Shown in pieces: positions 27,517 to 32,000 of a stretch of DNA of 32,000 bases. Within the stretch, counting starts at the first letter, position 1; the number at the start of each line of letters is the position of its first letter. The DNA lies in assembly GCF_009936275.1 (NCBI RefSeq), contig NZ_AP019797.1, positions 1,811,890-1,843,889 on the forward strand, in the 5' to 3' direction. The notes beneath the pieces were generated by a model that ran no database searches, was not told the DNA's origin, and saw only the letters and a program-made list of their open reading frames with translations. The DNA is from Rhodothermus marinus. Lineage in GTDB: Bacteria > Bacteroidota > Rhodothermia > Rhodothermales > Rhodothermaceae. A program made the position numbers and the translations under genes.

Positions 27517-28503
27517 TTACGTCTGCACGTCCACCACCAGCCGTCCCTGCGTTTTGCCGGCCAGCATGGCTTCGCTCCACTCCGGCACCTCGGAGAGCGG
27601 AATCACCCGGGTAACCCGGTGCAATGCGTCTTTGGGCAGGTCATGCGTCAGGCGGTGCCAGGCGCGGCGGCGCCGCTCCTGCGGACAGGTATTCGAGTCG
27701 ATGCCCAGCAGGTTGATCCCGCGCAGGATGAACGGGAAGACGGTAGTCGTGAACTCATGGCTCTGCGCCAGTCCACAGGCAGCCACACTGCCGTGGCGCT
27801 TGAGCTGGCTGAGCAGGGCCGCCAGCGTCGGACCGCCTACCGTATCGACAGCGCCGGCCCATAGGCCTGAGTCGAGCGGCCGCTTCGGCCCCTGTCCCAG
27901 CTCCTGGCGGTCGATCACCCGGGCCGCTCCCAGCGCCTGCAGCAACCCATGCGCCGAGGTCTTGCCCGTCGAGGCGACCACGTCGTAGCCCAGATGCGCC
28001 AGAATCGCCACGGCCAGGCTGCCCACCCCGCCGCTGGCACCGGTCACCACGACCTCGCCCTGGTCCGGGATCAGGCCATGCTCTTCGAGCGCCATCACCG
28101 AAAGCATCGCCGTAAAACCGGCCGTGCCGATGGCCATGGCCTCCAGCGGCGTCAGGCGACGCGGCAGCGGCACCACCCACTCGGAACGAACCCGGGCCCG
28201 CGTGGCATAGCCGCCCCAGTGCGACTCGCCAATCCCCCAGCCCGTCACGATTACCGTCTGCCCGGGTTTGATGTCCGGATTTTCCGATTCGAGCACCGTG
28301 CCCACCAGGTCGATGCCCGGCACGAAGGGATATTCGCCCCGGATGATTTTTCCCTTGCCCGTGACCGCCAGCGCGTCTTTGTAATTCAGGCTGGAATAAT
28401 GCACCTCCAGCAGCAGATCGCCTTCCGGGAGACGATCCTCCGGAAGTGTTTCGATACGGGGTTGAATCGAACCGTTTTCGTTGTACAGAACCAGTGCGCG
28501 CAT
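27517..28503 (-). CDS. MDR-superfamily NADPH:quinone / acrylyl-CoA reductase (YhdH/YhfP/AcuI family)
   Basis: 328 aa. 'LLEVHYSSLNYKDALAVTGKGKIIR', 'VVVTGASGGVGSLAVAILAHLGYDVVASTGK'. Confidence 0.85.
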   Translation of the reverse strand: MRALVLYNENGSIQPRIETLPEDRLPEGDLLLEVHYSSLNYKDALAVTGKGKIIRGEYPFVPGIDLVGTVLESENPDIKPGQTVIVTGWGIGESHWGGYATRARVRSEWVVPLPRRLTPLEAMAIGTAGFTAMLSVMALEEHGLIPDQGEVVVTGASGGVGSLAVAILAHLGYDVVASTGKTSAHGLLQALGAARVIDRQELGQGPKRPLDSGLWAGAVDTVGGPTLAALLSQLKRHGSVAACGLAQSHEFTTTVFPFILRGINLLGIDSNTCPQERRRRAWHRLTHDLPKDALHRVTRVIPLSEVPEWSEAMLAGKTQGRLVVDVQT

Positions 28504-28505
28504 CG

Positions 28506-29711
28506 TTACCGACAGGTTTCGTGAACAAGTTCACCCTCGATGATCACGCCGCACACGTGCGTGGTGTACTCGAAGGGATCGCCGTCGAAAAGCACCAGGT
28601 CGGCGTCTTTGCCGGCCTCCAGCGAGCCCACCCGGTCGGCGATCCCCAGAATCCGGGCGGCCTGAATCGTCAGCGCCTCCAGCGCGGCCGTGCGGGGCAA
28701 TCCGTTCGCCACAGCCATGGCCGCCTCGAAGAGCACCACCCGGGTTTTCGGGACATAGCTTTCAAAACCACTCTGGAAGGCGAAGGGAATGCCGGCCTCG
28801 TGCAGGCGGGCGGCCGTCTCCAGCGTCGCGTTGACCGTCTCGCCGCGCGGTCGCACCATTGTCGGATGCAGGATCACAGGCACGCCGGCCTGTTTGATCT
28901 CGTCGAGCACCAGGTAGGCCTCGGCGGCACCATCCAGAATCAACCGGAAACCAAATTCCCGCTGCAGTCGCAGCGCGGCCATGATCTCGGGCACCTGCTG
29001 CGCCGTGATCATCAGCGGGATCTCGCCGTCGAGCACCCGCACGAGCGTTTCCATGCCCAGGTCCGGCTCCGGTCGCCGCGACGGGTCCGAAGCCTGCAAC
29101 TTGCGCCGATAGGCCTGTGCCTTGAGCAGCTCGGCCCGGAGCATGGCCACCGCCTTGGCCCGCGTGCCCGGACTGCGGAAGTAGCGTTCGACCATGGGTC
29201 CCAGCGTGGCCGCCACCGTCGCCACCGAATCGATGAGCGCTTCTTCGACCGTCTCGCCCCGCGTTTTGACCAGCATGGTCTGGCCGCTGATGACCGCGCC
29301 CGGGCCGTGCCCGGTGTGCAGCGTGGTCACGCCAAAGCTGCGCACCCATTCGACCAGCCGTTCCCGCGCATTGTAGGCATCGATGGCCCTGAGTTCCGGC
29401 TGGATGGGATCGGACGTGTCCAGCTGGTCCTGATCGTGGTCGTAGTTCAGGATGCCGGCCAGGCCCACCACGCTGTGCGCGTCGATCAGCCCCGGCGTCA
29501 CTACCACCGCTTCGAGCACCCGATAGCCCTCCGGGATGCGAATCGCCTGCGCCGGCCCTACCTGCTCGATTTTTCCATCACGAATGAGCACCACGCCGTT
29601 TTCGATTGGAGCGCCGGCCATCGTGTAGAGGGTGTCGGCCCGGACGGCCAGCTGCGCCTGGGCCGAGGAAACCAGCAGGCCCAGCGTGAGCAAAAAGCTC
29701 CAGATCTTCAT
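28506..29711 (-). CDS. Periplasmic amidohydrolase-fold protein lacking most canonical metal ligands
   Basis: Signal peptide 'MKIWSFLLTLGLLVSSAQAQ'. Paralogous to the next gene, but it has 'DAHSVVG' instead of HxH, 'LMITAQQ' instead of 'HFHTHRH', 'LDGAAE' instead of 'LHHVSE', and 'AFQSGF' instead of 'AIHTDD'. Confidence 0.8.
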   Translation of the reverse strand: MKIWSFLLTLGLLVSSAQAQLAVRADTLYTMAGAPIENGVVLIRDGKIEQVGPAQAIRIPEGYRVLEAVVVTPGLIDAHSVVGLAGILNYDHDQDQLDTSDPIQPELRAIDAYNARERLVEWVRSFGVTTLHTGHGPGAVISGQTMLVKTRGETVEEALIDSVATVAATLGPMVERYFRSPGTRAKAVAMLRAELLKAQAYRRKLQASDPSRRPEPDLGMETLVRVLDGEIPLMITAQQVPEIMAALRLQREFGFRLILDGAAEAYLVLDEIKQAGVPVILHPTMVRPRGETVNATLETAARLHEAGIPFAFQSGFESYVPKTRVVLFEAAMAVANGLPRTAALEALTIQAARILGIADRVGSLEAGKDADLVLFDGDPFEYTTHVCGVIIEGELVHETCR

Positions 29712-29730
29712 AGGTCAACTTCTGCTGTTT

Positions 29731-31020
29731 TCAGTGCGCTTCATGGACGAACGTATCGCCATCATCGAACACACCGGTTCCACCGACCGCATACCTGCGG
29801 TCTTCCGGATCGGCCCGGTCGAACACCTTTTGCCCTTCCACCCAGGTCTGCTCCACGTGCGTGTAGATGCTGAAAGGATCGCCCGACAGAATGATGAAAT
29901 CGGCGTCCTTGCCGGGATCCAGCGACCCGATCCGGTCGGCCAGGTCCAGCATCCGGGCGCCCGCCAGCGTGAGCGCCTCCAGCGCTTTTTCGGGCGACAT
30001 GCCGGCCCGCACGGCCAGCGCAGCCGAACGCAGAAACCAGCGCGAATCCGTGATCAGGTCGTCCGTGTGAATGGCCACATCGACGCCCGCTTTCTCCAGC
30101 ACGGCCCCGTTTTCCATGCGAATTTCGGCGGCCTCCAGCTTGCCGCCCGGTGCATCCAGGATGATGATCGAGCAGGGCACACCGGCCGCGGCGATCTCGT
30201 CGGCCACCTTCCAGGCCTCGCTCACATGGTGCAGCACGACCCGGAAGCCGAACTCCCGCTTGAGCCGCAAAACGGTCAGGATGTCGTCGTGCCGATGCGT
30301 GTGGAAATGCACAATGCGGCGGCCGTCGAGCACCTCCAGCAACGCCTCCATGTCCAGATCCCGCTCCGGCATCTTTTCGGGATCGCCCTTCGCCTGCTCG
30401 ATCTTGCGCCGGTAGGCCAGTGCCTTCAGAAATTGCTGGCGGACCAGCGCGGCCGCTTTGGCCCGTGTGCCCGGAAACGGCGGATCGCCCTGCGGATTCG
30501 TGCCGTTGGCCATCTTCAGGCCGCCGCAGACCTCCGTCAGCGGATCCCTGCAGTAGAGCAGGTCTTCGATGGTATGGCCCTTCCGGAGTTTCAGGTAGAC
30601 CGTCTGGCCGCTGAGCAGATGCCCGGAGCCGGACATCACGTTGACGGTGGTGATGCCTCCGGCCCGCGCCCGCTGCACCGAGCTATGCCGCACGTCGATG
30701 GCATCCAGCGTGCGCACGGCCGGATGCATGGGCGCCGAGCGGTCGCCTCCCTCCACGCGTCCGATGTGCGAGTGCGTATCGACCAGCCCCGGCATGATCA
30801 CCTTGCCCGTCACGTCGTAGACGGTGGCCTGGTCTGGAATCGATACCTCACCTTCCGGCCCCACCGCCACGATCTTGCCATGCTGCACCACCAGCACGCC
30901 CCGTTCAATGGGCGGCTGGCTGATCGGATAGAGCCGCGCGCCCCGAAAGACCAGGGGCTGCTCCTGCCCGTAAAGCGCCAGCGGAATGAGCGCGATCAAC
31001 AACGTCAGATGAACCCGCAT
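29731..31020 (-). CDS. Periplasmic amidohydrolase (COG1228-type, metal ligands intact)
   Basis: Start set at ATG 31020, giving the signal peptide 'MRVHLTLLIALIPLALYGQ'. 'VDTHSHIG' (HxH), 'HFHTHRHDD', 'LHHVSE', 'AIHTDD'. Confidence 0.85.
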   Translation of the reverse strand: MRVHLTLLIALIPLALYGQEQPLVFRGARLYPISQPPIERGVLVVQHGKIVAVGPEGEVSIPDQATVYDVTGKVIMPGLVDTHSHIGRVEGGDRSAPMHPAVRTLDAIDVRHSSVQRARAGGITTVNVMSGSGHLLSGQTVYLKLRKGHTIEDLLYCRDPLTEVCGGLKMANGTNPQGDPPFPGTRAKAAALVRQQFLKALAYRRKIEQAKGDPEKMPERDLDMEALLEVLDGRRIVHFHTHRHDDILTVLRLKREFGFRVVLHHVSEAWKVADEIAAAGVPCSIIILDAPGGKLEAAEIRMENGAVLEKAGVDVAIHTDDLITDSRWFLRSAALAVRAGMSPEKALEALTLAGARMLDLADRIGSLDPGKDADFIILSGDPFSIYTHVEQTWVEGQKVFDRADPEDRRYAVGGTGVFDDGDTFVHEAH

Positions 31021-31172
31021 ACGCCTGCCTGGATTGTGTGGAACGAATCTCGGTCTGAGCATGCCCTGAAGTTAGGCAAATTTTGGAAAAGACGCGCGTC
31101 GTTTGTTCAGACAGCAACTTTTCATCGAAGCCATAGTTTTTTCACAGAGGCTTTGCACTGGGTGAGGTGGTC

Positions 31173-31889
31173 ATGCGGCGTGGGCCTACAGACTCGCTGC
31201 GCTCCCGGAGCCGACTCTCCGAGCGGCTGGAAGCGCGGGAGCGTGCCTATTCGCTTCGTGTTCTGATCGGTCTTGCTTTTGCGCTGTTGCTGTGCCTGCT
31301 GTTGACCCGTTTGCCCTGGTATCCGAAACCGCGGCCTATCGGGTGGCAACTGGTCGATGAAGATCGACGCCTGGCGTTGCTGGCCACGCAGCTCGAAGCC
31401 CGAGCCCGAGAAGACGCGGGCGTTCCCATCACGCGCTTTGCGCCTCCCGAGCCGGAAGAGAAAAAGGAAGGACGCGACACGTCCGAACTGAAGGCGCTTC
31501 AGCTGCGCAGGCGGCTGGAGCCTCCGGCCCGTCTGCAGGCGCGTGAGGTCATTTTTGAGCATCCCGAACAGCCGCCCCAGATCATCGGCGGCCTGGGTGC
31601 CTACTACATCCACATCGAGTATCCTGAAGAAGCCATCCGGGCCGGCATCGAAGGGCGGCTGGTGCTGCGCTTCGTGGTGGAGACCGACGGGCGACCCTCA
31701 AACATCCGGGTAATCCAACCGCTGCACCCGCTGCTGGACTCGGCCGCGGTGGTGGCCCTGAAGCGCGTCCGTTTCATTCCGGGCAAACAGAACGGCCAGC
31801 CGGTGCGCGTCCGCATGCAACTACCTGTGCGGTTTCGTCTGCTTTCCAGTCCCGTTCAGGCCAACAACGACAACGGAAGCGGGCGGTAA
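31173..31889 (+). CDS. TonB-family energy transducer
   Basis: TM anchor 'VLIGLAFALLLCLLLT', a charged/Pro linker, and a TonB_C domain 'YPEEAIRAGIEGRLVLRFVVETDGRPSNIRVIQ...AVVALKRVRFIPGKQNGQPV'. Start at ATG 31173, or GTG 31167. Confidence 0.8.
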   Translation: MRRGPTDSLRSRSRLSERLEARERAYSLRVLIGLAFALLLCLLLTRLPWYPKPRPIGWQLVDEDRRLALLATQLEARAREDAGVPITRFAPPEPEEKKEGRDTSELKALQLRRRLEPPARLQAREVIFEHPEQPPQIIGGLGAYYIHIEYPEEAIRAGIEGRLVLRFVVETDGRPSNIRVIQPLHPLLDSAAVVALKRVRFIPGKQNGQPVRVRMQLPVRFRLLSSPVQANNDNGSGR

Positions 31890-32000
31890 CCATTACCACC
31901 CGGAGACGACCGTTTCTTCCTCGGTTTTCGGAATTTCAGGAGGAGGCAGATCCGAAAGGTGCAGTATTTCCTGACCGACCTGCTGTCGCCAGCGTTCCTC

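Overview
GC-rich bacterial chromosomal segment. The gene content looks Gram-negative (TonB-C protein, beta-barrel OMP ending in Phe, signal-peptide hydrolases). A Rhodothermus-like thermophile is only a guess. The flanks are housekeeping genes: a PhoD-like fragment, icd, a DUF3524/GTDC1-like glycosyltransferase and comF on the left. On the right are a CcmA-like ABC ATPase, family-B DNA polymerase, speA, M28 peptidase, DUF429, an OMP, a FAD oxidoreductase, a YhdH/AcuI-type reductase, two amidohydrolases and TonB. The centre (about 4.8-17.76 kb) is a roughly 13 kb defence island with no integrase, tRNA or CRISPR. It is a single minus-strand Type I R-M operon (hsdM ... hsdS ... hsdR) with six non-R-M genes threaded through it, mostly joined by ATGA start/stop overlaps. 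The order is hsdM, OLD-family ABC-ATPase/TOPRIM nuclease, hsdS, a 4-TM protein plus a 305-aa protein (Kiwa-like KwaA/KwaB architecture), ImmA/IrrE-HTH metallopeptidase, DUF4411 PIN-like protein, a 384-aa protein, then hsdR. The most interesting item is the 384-aa protein. It has an Abi_C/HEPN-like N-terminal domain, a poly-Glu linker, and a C-terminal tail that aligns without gaps to the extreme C-terminus of the adjacent HsdR. This suggests an alternative effector that docks on the R-M complex, analogous to PrrC. A 33-nt duplication of the hsdS 3' end brackets the Kiwa-like cassette, marking it as an insertion. Within hsdS, the target-recognition domains are AT-rich while the conserved spacers are GC-rich. 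All domain calls come from motif recognition by eye; no database search was run.
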